64,000 bases of DNA from Candidatus Latescibacterota bacterium (GTDB taxonomy: Bacteria > Latescibacterota > UBA2968 > GCA-2709665), in NCBI GenBank assembly GCA_965248435.1, contig OZ252100.1:4192001-4256000 (forward strand). Direction: 5' to 3'. The notes beneath the pieces are model-generated. The model was not told the origin of the DNA and did not search any database. It saw only the letters and a program-made list of their open reading frames with translations. Each line of letters opens with the position of its first letter. The stretch's first letter is position 1. The translations under genes and the position numbers were made by a program. Positions 40,601 to 50,052 of the stretch are shown here, piece after piece.

Positions 40601-42813
40601 TTCCATCCAAGCAGATCAACGTGGTCGATATCTTTATCTCAATGGATGCAGACAAGTTCGAGGCCGTAGACCAGGATGCGAGCATTGCCGGCATCCAGCC
40701 TTTCTCTTTGGGCGACGCTTCAGGAATCAATGCCGGTAACGTCCAGCAGTCCGCAATCGTGCAAGGGGACAAGGTGCTCCTTGACTTCATCTACACAGAT
40801 GTGACAAACGGTCTGACCTTCTTCAACGCCGAGGAGCCACTTGCCTTTGCTAATGTTCGGACCAAGATCGTCCCAGATAGCGCAACTGTAAGTACCAGTA
40901 TTACCCTCGACAACAGCGGCAATCGAATAACTAAGATGCTGGACTCAGTGAATGTAAACGTCTCGGCGTTTGTGCCACAGCCGACATCTGTGATATTGAA
41001 CCGTCGCACGCAAATATCCGGGAAGGTGCCGCTCCAGGGACGGACAAGCTCCGCAGACCTGGTCACCTTCATGTTGCGTCCAGTCGGGAGTTATGAGAGT
41101 CTTCCGGATTCGCTTTTCGAGTTAAACGATGTTGACCCGATTAGATTCGGCGTTCAGGTGATATCAACCGATTTTGACGGCAAGTTCACACTCGTAAATG
41201 TCCCCTCAGGGATTTTTGTACTGAGTGCGGCCGTTCAGCGGCACCTTTCCGGACACGACACGATCTACGTGAGGCCTGGGCTGGACATTACGGATCTGCT
41301 ACCGACTCGCGATGGGGACGGCGTTCAGCGAGTCGCTCTGCTGGCTGGCGACGCGGCAGGGTTCGAGGACAGTACCGGAGCGAGTCTTCCAGACAACGCA
41401 ATCGGAAACCCGGACGTCAACGCAATAAACGCCGCCATCTTTTCGCAGCCTGGCGATACGAACTTTGACGCGTTCGCCGACATCAACAGAGATAACATTG
41501 TGAACGCGACGGACAAAGACTTCGCGACTGCCAATCAGACCGATAATACGGGTACGGTCGGCAGAATTCGACCCGTCTTCCCCGTTTTCAAGGGCGCCGG
41601 ACGGACCACAGACAATCGGGAGGCCATTGTTACCCTGGCGGACCTCCCCAACAGGGAAATCCGGGCAGGAGAAGCGTTCGACGTCACCGTCCAGGTGAGC
41701 GGTGCCAGGGCAGTACGAACCTACGAAGTCCACCTTGGATTCGACTCGACCAAGGTCGCAGTGGAGGGACTCTCATCCCACGGGTCGTTCCTTGGCAACT
41801 ATCTGTCGGACATGGTCGTAAGGGTGTTCGACGGAGAGGTCGGACTCGCCAACTCCATCATCGGCCTTACGCCTGTTGGCGCGTCCGGGGAAGGAACGCT
41901 TGGGACCATTCGGTTCCGTGCGCTCAAGCGCTCGACGGAAACACACCTGAAGTTGAACAGTGCGGTGCTGATAGATGTAGATCACGTGGGCGTCAGCCCG
42001 AAGGTGAATGGGGAGGCCACGATCGTCTTCTCCAAAGATCCGATCGTCTACCACGACGCTGAAGGGAAAGAGATCCGAGGGCTCATTATACCAGAAGTAG
42101 ATCCCAAGGTCGATTTCAACGATTTCATGGTTTTGGTGGAGGCTTTTGGATCGAACGTCGGAAGTTCTGCTTTTGATGTGCGCGCAGACCTGAACGCAGA
42201 TGATCGCGTGGACTTCAGTGATTTCCTGATCTTCACCTTCGACTTCGGCAAGATCGCTGTGGACGCACCCGCGTCGGCTCGTCTCCATAAGCCGCCGGCG
42301 CCTGCTGGCGTGAATGGGGCCGCCAGGATGTCTTTGAAGCTGGAGGAGGGATCGAAAGACGGCCAGCTGGTGAGATTGACCGCGGGACTGTCGCGCGCCC
42401 GAGCACTTCAGGGCTGGGGACTCACATTGAGATATGACCCCAGCAGATTCGAGTTCCTCGAGGCCGTTCGGCCGGAGGAGGATTTGCTGGAGGTTGCGGG
42501 AGCCAGCGCGCCCCTGTTGCTCGTCCACCAGGAAGGGGCTGGGGAAGTCACGCTCGCGGGTGCCATCAGCAGGGGAACGGCTGCATCGGGAACCGGTGAC
42601 CTGGCCGTTCTGATCTTCCGATCTCGTGCTGCCTCAACCCAGGATGCGAGGTTTGAGCTTTATGAGGGAGTCCTGTTCGATCCCGACCACCTGCCCAATC
42701 TGGCCCATGCCGCTCAGAAACTGGAAATACAGCAAGCTTTGATACAACAGACGCGATCAGGCCGCTTCATACGGAGCATGAATCTAGAGTCCGGAATTTT
42801 TTCTTCGCCTTGA
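37681..42813 (+). CDS. Large secreted protein with alternating cohesin-like and dockerin-like modules
   Basis: Signal peptide (...GVSA-Q). Cohesin-like segments INVVDIFISMDADKF, GEAFDVTVQV...LGFDSTKV and LQGWGLTLRYDPSRFEF. Dockerin/EF-hand motifs ADINRDNIVNATD and ADLNADDRVDFSDFLIF. Confidence 0.8.
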   Translation: MNPRRLHWLLAFLLALGFSRGVSAQVINLFPDEVPNGLQAGSGKRFHQRFDVQLTSNPGQSSRGLTITLPSELVFVPLSVTATSTNAAVSTYFCCNPTGQTLAFGWTNAVALGGETITIEFDLTTPTNFTGVAEGAREDTSYIFDFSADANQTDTDVPVSKFQNRPIRAISFAAPDSATGDTTSAGGRFFKLAFPSSLPDYSHTGLAGQSVSATFTDNQTDVIYSFYVSTDSSLIARTLEMAPLQFFNLRADETTGSSPLLGTRQNPRVVPSTFIRENFTTIFSSVTADSITGMVSLSGTSDNSVYYVYVLADPGPGTIPSNRQFGGSAKKGFDQTTLGAFTGGVFLGRSGPLLVQHPPEFVVVGWDYDDDTGDDFDNTGVIQVPSDIIGMVAIDANRKDNRNITLDSGAFFEKGAAFVSLNSGLTPSPTTFVELLWLAQDDDNPSDFEMRIFLSTTGGLTVADLVGTGLDSLSNSIVVAGSDTLSIENRKILFVALERDSLTNLVTSFTPRGDYFVYFAATDGNDDHRILTQVSNDPFIASPTASVLSVRHAPNLSVDNFSLNDFDGTGDGDLDVITGIDVSQMFIDADGKDLNLGPAQRAITVSWGEPGLPGDSDIDDDATIEVYFSTRSDFQDVRGSIEYTSGNSNGDDLLATISQGNSDTHRIGQTREDPDGQFDNQLTWDLWSYVSPEGTVPRTGVRYFFFARMIGGTTTRLISLTRFGALDVTGTPMAASILHPPFIRPIEPARDIAVTMDEPVLISWQAVDVDNQEADGLVAVPANTSGRISPNSDTASPNIRVLLTSVDWGVVTTWGSITDFTAATGNVDRFWVGNSGDGSLVEEIELNEGVDSSFVLLGNRMRNNLFSTITGTTTPLSTGSLELQTNQGAGETYFVYLAIDDGRDGTVADAVVGGTSNTRNFGAFSPLVRAPGTITFTGIVPTNPPTTTRFIVPSRMQTIMGEVIQYPIIPDVSIPSKQINVVDIFISMDADKFEAVDQDASIAGIQPFSLGDASGINAGNVQQSAIVQGDKVLLDFIYTDVTNGLTFFNAEEPLAFANVRTKIVPDSATVSTSITLDNSGNRITKMLDSVNVNVSAFVPQPTSVILNRRTQISGKVPLQGRTSSADLVTFMLRPVGSYESLPDSLFELNDVDPIRFGVQVISTDFDGKFTLVNVPSGIFVLSAAVQRHLSGHDTIYVRPGLDITDLLPTRDGDGVQRVALLAGDAAGFEDSTGASLPDNAIGNPDVNAINAAIFSQPGDTNFDAFADINRDNIVNATDKDFATANQTDNTGTVGRIRPVFPVFKGAGRTTDNREAIVTLADLPNREIRAGEAFDVTVQVSGARAVRTYEVHLGFDSTKVAVEGLSSHGSFLGNYLSDMVVRVFDGEVGLANSIIGLTPVGASGEGTLGTIRFRALKRSTETHLKLNSAVLIDVDHVGVSPKVNGEATIVFSKDPIVYHDAEGKEIRGLIIPEVDPKVDFNDFMVLVEAFGSNVGSSAFDVRADLNADDRVDFSDFLIFTFDFGKIAVDAPASARLHKPPAPAGVNGAARMSLKLEEGSKDGQLVRLTAGLSRARALQGWGLTLRYDPSRFEFLEAVRPEEDLLEVAGASAPLLLVHQEGAGEVTLAGAISRGTAASGTGDLAVLIFRSRAASTQDARFELYEGVLFDPDHLPNLAHAAQKLEIQQALIQQTRSGRFIRSMNLESGIFSSP

Positions 42814-42840
42814 GAAGTTAACGCAAACGGCAGGCCGAAT

Positions 42841-42878
42841 GAAAAACGCCCCCGGGAGAGATCCCAGGGGCGTTTTTC
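42841..42878. terminator. Bidirectional terminator (identical copy at 63816-63853)
   Basis: GAAAAACGCCCC...GGGGCGTTTTTC between convergent genes. Confidence 0.75.
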
Positions 42879-42926
42879 GTAACCTCACGGCCACGCGGAC
42901 ATCTCCGCGCAGGATTCAGACAGACG

Positions 42927-43790
42927 TCACCGGTCGAATTTTTTTTCGAGGACGCTCTGAACTTCGTATATCGTCCCGCGTCGCACGGCGGGTGGGAGCG
43001 GCATTCGGACCGGGACTGCCGCGACTCTTGGCTGGATGGTCGCCTTTCCACGAACGACTCCCTCCGTGTATCCCTCCCAGGTCTCTATCCTTCCTGTGAT
43101 CGGCCAAAGTGGCCAGGCGTCTGTTGCACAATACTGATACAGCAGAAGACGACGAGATTTGGAGGAGGTGTTCGGAGCTGAAGCGTGAAGCAAGCGAACG
43201 TGATGTATGGAAATTCCCCCCGCCTTGAGTTCGATCGGGACTGCCCCGCTTGACGAGAAGTCAGGTTCCGTCACCGCTCCTGCAAAGAAGCCGTCCAGAT
43301 GGTGGTCATAAATGCGTTCCTTGTGCGATTCGGGCAGCACCAGCAGACATCCGTTCTCTTCCGTCATGTCGTCGATCGCAATTCCGACGGCGAGCAGGTC
43401 GTCATTCGTGTGTGGATAGAAGGCCCAGTCCTGATGCCATTCCACCGGACTTCCGACGTCGGCAGACTTCATGTTGAGCTTCTGACCGTTCATGCGAAGG
43501 TCTGGGCCGATCAACTGAGAAACGATGTCGAGGATGCCGTCGTGACGCATCACACGGTCATAAAGCGGGTGATGCTTGGATGGATCCATCAGTCGACGCA
43601 GCTTCGGCTGCTCCGGAGTGTGGCCCGGTTCCAGGTCGAAGACGCCATCATTCTCGGTGACCTGGCGCGACCGCTCCACAATTTCGTCCGTAACCTTGCG
43701 CAGCTCATCAATATCTTTGCTTGACAGAACGCCTTCCACGCCTAGGTAGCCCCTGGTGTGATAGAAGTCGATTTGTTCCTGACTGAGCAT
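42927..43790 (-). CDS. Phytanoyl-CoA dioxygenase (PhyH) family protein
   Basis: LSQEQIDFY..GYL, WHQDW (HxD), ENGCL, LLHAS..N.S...R. Confidence 0.92.
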   Translation of the reverse strand: MLSQEQIDFYHTRGYLGVEGVLSSKDIDELRKVTDEIVERSRQVTENDGVFDLEPGHTPEQPKLRRLMDPSKHHPLYDRVMRHDGILDIVSQLIGPDLRMNGQKLNMKSADVGSPVEWHQDWAFYPHTNDDLLAVGIAIDDMTEENGCLLVLPESHKERIYDHHLDGFFAGAVTEPDFSSSGAVPIELKAGGISIHHVRLLHASAPNTSSKSRRLLLYQYCATDAWPLWPITGRIETWEGYTEGVVRGKATIQPRVAAVPVRMPLPPAVRRGTIYEVQSVLEKKFDR

Positions 43791-44004
43791 CCGGGATCTC
43801 CTCTAAACGATGTCGGTTCCCAACGTCGTGCAAATAAGATAAGGACCTGGATCCCTCCGATCAAGGATTTCTGAGCAGATCAAAGGATTTGTATCTCGCA
43901 TCTCGCAGCTGATGAGGAGCCTAAAGATGAATTGACACAAACAGGACCAGGGATTATTATTTTCGCCATAGAGACGCACTGCAAATCCGACGAGAGATGT
44001 AGAA

Positions 44005-45654
44005 ATGGCCGATCCCAAATTCGCTGATGGAAGTGCTTCCATCGATCCGAATGTGCCGGTTCAGGCCGGCAGCACGGGCTCCTGGACGATTACGTTCCGC
44101 GTGGGAGGTGAGACGATATCACCTGGTAGCGCGATCCTGATTTCTATTCCTCAGGGATTTTCCCCTCCTCAGATCGATAATCCGGAAGCTCCCGGATATG
44201 TGCGCGCACAGGCCGTCCACTCTGAAGCCTGCCTGGTTCCCAGAATCGAAGCCCAATCCGAAGATGGATTGGATCTGTACAGAGGGCAGGACAGCAGCCC
44301 CGGAGTTCTCCTCCTGGTGGAGCGAGCACCGCTCAAGCCCTCAGACAGGTTGAACGTCGTCTACGGGGCAGGTCCTGGAATGGCGTTTGTCTCTCCATAT
44401 GCGGGCCCTGCATCGTTTCAGGTCTTTGTTTGTTCTGAAGGACGAGCATTTCCGGAGCGCTTCTTTCCCATTCGGGAGTTCCCCACGATTGATGTAAAGA
44501 GCAGGGATCCGAGTCACTTTGAAGTTACGGCCCCTTCGACAGCTGAGCCGGAAACGGCTGTGGCACTCCGCGTTGTCCCTCGGGATGACCTGGGAAATCG
44601 GTGTACCGGATGGAGCGGTTGGCTCGATGTCGAATCAAATGCCCGGGGCGTTCGGGATCCCGTTCCTCGGAAGTATGATGACCCTGAAGGAGAGGGTGTC
44701 ACGGTGGACGTTGGTCTGTCCGATGTGTCTGATGGTCCCGTTCGGGTTTCTGTTCGAGAATCCGAAACCGGGCTGCGTGGCCGGAGCAACCCGATTATGA
44801 TTGGCGAACCTGGCCCTTATTGGGGTGACCTTCACGCATGTGTCCCCGAGGGCAAAGACTCACAATCTACTCTGGATTTTGAGCTCGGAGTCGGCCCCAG
44901 CCCAACTGTCCAGAAGACCTCGTTCTATTTCCAGGCTGAAGGAGCTGGAGGGCCGGGCTTCCTCAGATTCTCCCTGCCGGATACGGAGAGTGATGAAATG
45001 CAGCCTTCACACCTCCTGGAGATCTATTCGTGCTGGGGCAATCGTGAGCTCTGGGGAGGCCGCCGACCGGACATTCGCCTTGACCGTCATCCAGACCGAA
45101 CTGTTCAGGCCGTACTGGCTCAGGGGATCATTGCGGGCTTTTCTGCCGGCAGCAACAGTCGGTTCGGTTTAGCAGGTGACGCAAGGCGCGCCGAGGCCGG
45201 GCGTGGATATCCGGGAGGACTGACGGCGGTCTACGCGCCATCCCTGACGCAGAATGCGCTGTTTACCGCTTTGAGACAGAGGCGGTGCTATGTTACGACA
45301 GGTCCGCGAATCGCCCTTCAAGTCCTGGTCAATGGCCACGAAATGGGAACTCAGGTGGATGTGGGCCCCGAAGATGGTGATGTGCTTAGGGAACGACACA
45401 TCATGGCCAAGGTGCACGGTACGGCCGAGGTAGACCGGATAGAGATTGTCCGCAACAATGTCGATGTCTGCACATTCCGGGGCGATGCGGAAGACGTTAC
45501 GTTCGAATGGACCGATCAGCAGGAACTCTCGCGAATTGCGCTTCCCCGTCCTTTGCGTGGTGGCGCGCTCACCTGCTATTACTTTGTGCGTGTCACTCAG
45601 TCAGACGGTGAAATGGCCTGGTCCAGTCCGGTCTGGTTCGTTCTGAGGACTTAG
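44005..45654 (+). CDS. DUF3604/PHP-like protein, apparently degenerate
   Basis: GRSNP, YWGDLH, LLEIYSCWG, GGLTAV, RRCYVTTGPRI, YYFVRVTQSDGEMAWSSPVW. Confidence 0.7.
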   Translation: MADPKFADGSASIDPNVPVQAGSTGSWTITFRVGGETISPGSAILISIPQGFSPPQIDNPEAPGYVRAQAVHSEACLVPRIEAQSEDGLDLYRGQDSSPGVLLLVERAPLKPSDRLNVVYGAGPGMAFVSPYAGPASFQVFVCSEGRAFPERFFPIREFPTIDVKSRDPSHFEVTAPSTAEPETAVALRVVPRDDLGNRCTGWSGWLDVESNARGVRDPVPRKYDDPEGEGVTVDVGLSDVSDGPVRVSVRESETGLRGRSNPIMIGEPGPYWGDLHACVPEGKDSQSTLDFELGVGPSPTVQKTSFYFQAEGAGGPGFLRFSLPDTESDEMQPSHLLEIYSCWGNRELWGGRRPDIRLDRHPDRTVQAVLAQGIIAGFSAGSNSRFGLAGDARRAEAGRGYPGGLTAVYAPSLTQNALFTALRQRRCYVTTGPRIALQVLVNGHEMGTQVDVGPEDGDVLRERHIMAKVHGTAEVDRIEIVRNNVDVCTFRGDAEDVTFEWTDQQELSRIALPRPLRGGALTCYYFVRVTQSDGEMAWSSPVWFVLRT

Positions 45655-45860
45655 GCTCGACTGTGCTTAAGTCGTGCTACGAAGGGGTAAGAGGGATGGT
45701 AAATGCGATATAAGAGGCAGTTAGACAAGCCTTTATGGTTGACAAGGGTTTCTGGAACGACTAATTTTTCATAAGGAATCTACTCGAATTTCTAGACGGC
45801 CTGCAGTCTCCAATGGGCCCGCGAAAGCGGGGGGTCTGTGGGCTCGCGTGGACAGTTTTG

Positions 45861-46901
45861 ATGCCGGCATTTGTCTCCAGGTTTTCACCGAGTCGAATTG
45901 CAGGAGCGAACTTCCAGGGCCTTCGCGTCCGAGTGGATGGGCAGGAGGGTCGCGGTCGGATTGGTGCGTCGAATCGGGAAAGGAGGGCGGAGACCCGGGA
46001 CCGCGATGATGATTCCCTCGGGCGAATCAGAGGAAGAGGAGACCGTGAGGACCTTCTTGTCAGAAACCAGCTTGGCGAACTGGTTCGTTCGCGGCTCCAA
46101 GAGAGGGTTTCCGGGCAGCGAGGGGGTGCTGGGACAAGCGGTGAAGATGAAAACGACGGTGCTCAAAGGGCAGAAACGGGGTCCCGGACGAGAACGCTAC
46201 CCGGCGTCGGCACCACAAGGACCCGTGCAGATGACGAAATTGACCGGCCCGGCCGCCTGGGCACGGAGCCTGCCAATCCTGCCATCCAGAGCCAGCTAGA
46301 TCGCTTCGCCAGTTTGCGTTCCGCAGCACGCGGGAGTTCCACGCAATCTCGACAGGATGCCAGCGCTGCCGCGACATTGACCGGCCTCTTAGGCCTTCAG
46401 GCACAACGACCCTCTGGCTTAGACCAGGCACTCGATGCGCAGACGAGGGGGGCCGCTGACCGAACCGGACCGGCTCGAGGTGGAACACCGACTGGGTCGG
46501 ACGAGAGGGGTGGGGGTGGAGTCGAAACGGAACCTACAGCCGAGGAGATCAGCAGGGCGAACACGACTCCTGAGATCCGAGAGAATCTTCAATCAGAGGT
46601 TCGGGGAGTAGAGCGGGGCCTTCGGCGGGACGCTGCAGAGCAAGCTCGAGAAAACACCCGGAATACTGCAGTTGCGGCCGGTGAAGCCGCTGAGGCCCGC
46701 AGGGGGCGGGCGGTTAGCTCGAATCGGGGCGAGATTCAAGCACTTCAGTCGGGGAAACGCAAACTTGAAGCGGGGATTCGCGTGACACAGCGTGAGATCA
46801 GGAATCTGGAGAATTCGAACCGCCGTCTGCAATCAGGGGCAAATCGAGCCACCACCAGGGCGGCCGCAGCACTGGGGTCTAATGTAAATCTGGTCACGTG
46901 A
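45861..46901 (+). CDS. Low-complexity R/G/A-rich hypothetical protein with C-terminal coiled coil
   Basis: Long open frame followed by a terminator; ends ...LGSNVNLVT. Start position uncertain. Confidence 0.6.
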   Translation: MPAFVSRFSPSRIAGANFQGLRVRVDGQEGRGRIGASNRERRAETRDRDDDSLGRIRGRGDREDLLVRNQLGELVRSRLQERVSGQRGGAGTSGEDENDGAQRAETGSRTRTLPGVGTTRTRADDEIDRPGRLGTEPANPAIQSQLDRFASLRSAARGSSTQSRQDASAAATLTGLLGLQAQRPSGLDQALDAQTRGAADRTGPARGGTPTGSDERGGGGVETEPTAEEISRANTTPEIRENLQSEVRGVERGLRRDAAEQARENTRNTAVAAGEAAEARRGRAVSSNRGEIQALQSGKRKLEAGIRVTQREIRNLENSNRRLQSGANRATTRAAAALGSNVNLVT

Positions 46902-46944
46902 ATGGGATCGTATATCGTAGGTCCATTGTAATTCAATAATGAAG

Positions 46945-46974
46945 AAGGGCGGCGCTTCACGCGCCGCCTTTTTT
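46945..46974. terminator. Terminator between convergent genes
   Basis: AAGGGCGGCGC-TTCAC-GCGCCGCCTTTTTT. Confidence 0.75.
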
Positions 46975-46999
46975 AGTAGGAGTGAAATAAGGTTCGACG

Positions 47000-48085
47000 T
47001 CAAGACCTCAACTGAAGCAGGGTCTGCTTAACCTCGTCTGAGCTCTTGGATTCGATCACGGCAACTCCCTGTTTTTCGCAGAATCCCTGGATCTGCGGGG
47101 GTGCTGACTTGGTGAAAAGGAGAGCCAAAGGGGGGTGATTCGGCGTCTTAAGCAACATCTGCAGGAAGGAGAGCCTTTCTTTCGCGTCCTCTTTGCCTCC
47201 AGGGTGAATCAGAATCACGTCGTAATTCTTGGCCTGGGCAATGGCGCCCGCGGTCGTGGACTGCGTTTTCATCTCGATGTCATCGCCGAATGAGTTTCGG
47301 AGTGTGGTCCCCGTATTGCGGTCACCAACGAAAAGGACCTGGACGGCCCTTTCATCGAGGGGATCCTTCCGAAACGCGTCGGGATTTCGGAGCCGTTCAA
47401 GCATACGTAGAAAGCGCTTATGCCGAACCACGATTTCTTCCGGATCGGATTTGGGTGTGTATGAAATATCTCCCACGGACAGGGCCTCTACGCGAAGCTC
47501 TGGTGTGGGTGCCATCTGGACGTGTATATACCCTGGATAATCGCCCTGAAGCAGTCGCGCGTAGGATTGCCTCCGATACAGGGTATAAACCAGGCCTGTT
47601 CCTTCTGGGTCCTTTTCCTCTGTGAGGGGATCCCACTCGACTTCCGCGTCGTTCAGGATTCCGGAGAGGGTATGGAGCGGGGCTTCCTCCTCTTCCGTGT
47701 CTCCGTCCAGCAGGACGCGCGTGTGGGCCGGTTCCGGGACTTCCTCGGTCATCCTCAAAGTCATGTTCTGCATACATTGCACGCGGCGGATGATTTCGTC
47801 ATCCGGCATGTCGGTAGAGACGAACTCATCCGCAATTTCCAGCAGATTGCCTCCCAGGGTCTGGGTGCTTGTCACCAGGATCTGGGGGAGCGTAGGGACC
47901 ATGCCCTCCACCTGGTGAACGAGGTCTTCTCCCGCCGCCAGATCGATCAAGACGCATCCCGTATCTGGACGCTGATTCCCCAGCTCGTCCGAGTCGATTC
48001 CTTCACCGGTGAGCAGCTGAGAAATTCTCTTCATTGCGGCGCCTTCCCGTTCACCCCCCACCCGATAGACCTGCATGTACCCCAT
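47000..48085 (-). CDS. Hypothetical protein, probably three degenerate receiver-like domains
   Basis: AGGAGG RBS; beta/alpha segments CVLIDL...ADEFVS..DEIIRRV, RVLLDGD...PEEIVVR and VLFVGD...YDVILIH...LALLF. Confidence 0.6.
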   Translation of the reverse strand: MGYMQVYRVGGEREGAAMKRISQLLTGEGIDSDELGNQRPDTGCVLIDLAAGEDLVHQVEGMVPTLPQILVTSTQTLGGNLLEIADEFVSTDMPDDEIIRRVQCMQNMTLRMTEEVPEPAHTRVLLDGDTEEEEAPLHTLSGILNDAEVEWDPLTEEKDPEGTGLVYTLYRRQSYARLLQGDYPGYIHVQMAPTPELRVEALSVGDISYTPKSDPEEIVVRHKRFLRMLERLRNPDAFRKDPLDERAVQVLFVGDRNTGTTLRNSFGDDIEMKTQSTTAGAIAQAKNYDVILIHPGGKEDAKERLSFLQMLLKTPNHPPLALLFTKSAPPQIQGFCEKQGVAVIESKSSDEVKQTLLQLRS

Positions 48086-48217
48086 TTTGTGCTTCCTCCT
48101 TGAGGGGTTCGCCCATCCAAAGGAACCCTAATTCCTGGCCAGAAAATACATACGCTACAGCGCGCACGCAAGGAGAAATCACGTGATCCGGATTCGGGGC
48201 ATGGCCACTGGACCTAG

Positions 48218-49914
48218 CCTGAATAATTCATAAAAAAGGCAGTTTCCTTACCCAAGTCATTGTATTATATTGTGGTTACGCAAATAACCATAACACAATG
48301 AAACAGGAGGAAACTACCGTGGGAGTTCAAGATACACATCACAGGGTGTCTTTCGCAAGTCTTTCTGGTAAGCCGGTAGAAGCCACCTTCGACGGAGGCA
48401 TCCTGACCAGCGACAGCGGGGTGCTGCTGCTTCGTGAGGTGGAGGCCAGAACCGGGATTTTGCATAGGATGGTTGCGGCGCTCACGGATCGCCGACATCA
48501 AAGTTACGTACATCATTCGATGACGGACCTGATCAAACAACGTGTGTTTCAGATGGCCTGTGGCTATGAGGATGCGAACGATTGCAATACGTTGCGCGAG
48601 GACCCCGGCTTCAAGGCGGCCTGTGATCGGTTGCCGCTTTCCGGTGCGGATCTGGCCAGTCAGCCCACGATGAGTCGGTTCGAGAACCGGATCAGCAGAA
48701 CCGATTTGTATCGGATCGCCAAGGCCTTTGCGGATGTGTTTGTCGCCTCGTATGAGGAACCGCCCGAAGCCATTCTGTTGGATATCGATGACACGGAAGA
48801 CAAGGTGTATGGGTCTCAACAGTTGTCGTTGTTCAATGCGTATTTCAATGGCTATTGCTACCAGCCCCTGCATATCTATGAAGGCCAGACGGGCAAGTTG
48901 ATCACGACGGTCTTGCGTCCTGGCAGGCGGCCCACGGGTAAAGAGATCGTCACCATCCTCAAACGGGTGATCGCCTACCTGCGCCGCGCCTGGCCCGACG
49001 TGGCGATCCTGTTGCGCGGCGATGCGCATTTTTCTTGCCCCGAAGTTCATACGTTGTGTGAGGAAGAAGATGTGTATTTTGTCTTTGGACAAAACGGCAA
49101 CGCCAAACTGCTGCGCTCGGCACTGCCCTTGATGGACCAGGCCAAAGCGCTGTATGCCGATTCCGGAACAACCACGCGCCTTTATCACTGCTGGGACTAT
49201 CAGGCGAAAACATGGGCTTGTCCACAACGCATCATCTGCAAGGCGGAAGTCACCCCGCAAGGAGACAATATCCGATTCGTGGTCACCAACCTAAAGCGCG
49301 CCCAACCGTCATTCATCTACAAAACCGCCTATTGCGCACGCGGCAGGATGGAAAACTTCATCAAGAATCACAAGACCTTTCTCCATTCCGATCGCACCTC
49401 TTGTCACACCTTCCAGGCCAATCACTTCCGTCTCTTCCTCCACAGCGCCGCCTATGTCCTGATGCACGCCTTGGCACAAACCGGGTTGCGCGGCACGAAG
49501 TGGACGAACGCACAGTTCAATACCCTGCAAAACCGTCTCTTGAAAGTCGCCGGGCGCGTTCGTGAGTTGAAAACCAGGATCAAGTTCCATCTCCCAACGG
49601 CGTTTCCACTCAAACACCTTTACGGCAAGATCCTCTATAATCTGGCAACGGATGTTCCATAACCCATCGACGTGCCGACCCCGCCTTCACGTTTGGAGCG
49701 ACACGACCAACAGCCACGGAGACGTCTGTGCTCTTGACAGCGGAATTCAGAGCAACCTGACGCCACGGAGCAAACGTGCTGCCAGCAGGCGCCGCCGACA
49801 CGGCCTGGACACGCCAAATCCGTCTCAGCCCGTGCTCTTTCGTTTCTCGTCTCACTCGGAAGCTCTTTCTGCTTCCCTAAATTGCATTATCTGATGATTC
49901 ATGAATTAATCAGG
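48218..49914 (+). mobile_element. IS1380-family insertion sequence
   Basis: Inverted repeats CCTGAATAATTCAT / ATGAATTAATCAGG flanked by CTAG on both sides (48214-48217, 49915-49918). Confidence 0.93.
48298..49662 (+). CDS. IS1380-family transposase
   Basis: FDGGILTSDSG, GYEDAND, LASQPTMSRFEN, LDIDDTED, LRGDAHF, RGRMENFIK. Confidence 0.96.
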   Translation: MKQEETTVGVQDTHHRVSFASLSGKPVEATFDGGILTSDSGVLLLREVEARTGILHRMVAALTDRRHQSYVHHSMTDLIKQRVFQMACGYEDANDCNTLREDPGFKAACDRLPLSGADLASQPTMSRFENRISRTDLYRIAKAFADVFVASYEEPPEAILLDIDDTEDKVYGSQQLSLFNAYFNGYCYQPLHIYEGQTGKLITTVLRPGRRPTGKEIVTILKRVIAYLRRAWPDVAILLRGDAHFSCPEVHTLCEEEDVYFVFGQNGNAKLLRSALPLMDQAKALYADSGTTTRLYHCWDYQAKTWACPQRIICKAEVTPQGDNIRFVVTNLKRAQPSFIYKTAYCARGRMENFIKNHKTFLHSDRTSCHTFQANHFRLFLHSAAYVLMHALAQTGLRGTKWTNAQFNTLQNRLLKVAGRVRELKTRIKFHLPTAFPLKHLYGKILYNLATDVP

Positions 49915-49931
49915 CTAGAAAGGAGCAACAC

Positions 49932-50045
49932 ATGTCCGCAGGACTCTCCAAAGAAGATCTCGAGCTTCTTCGTAAGTACGACACCCCCATCGTCTGCAAC
50001 GCCATCGAGTGTTTTAAAGTCCGCCCGCAGAACACCGGCTGCTAA
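49932..50045 (+). pseudogene. N-terminal remnant of an RraA-family protein
   Basis: AAGGAG RBS, then MSAGLSKEDLELLRKYDTPIVCNAIECFKVRPQNTGC*; DTPxxCNAIE is typical of RraA-like N-termini. Not in the ORF track. Confidence 0.6.
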
Positions 50046-50052
50046 GGAAAGG

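Noticed and set aside
45810-45840. c-di-GMP-I riboswitch (CCCGC-GAAA-GCGGG hairpin)
   Set aside because: The flanking GCAAAC / GACGCAAAGC elements and the second stem are missing.
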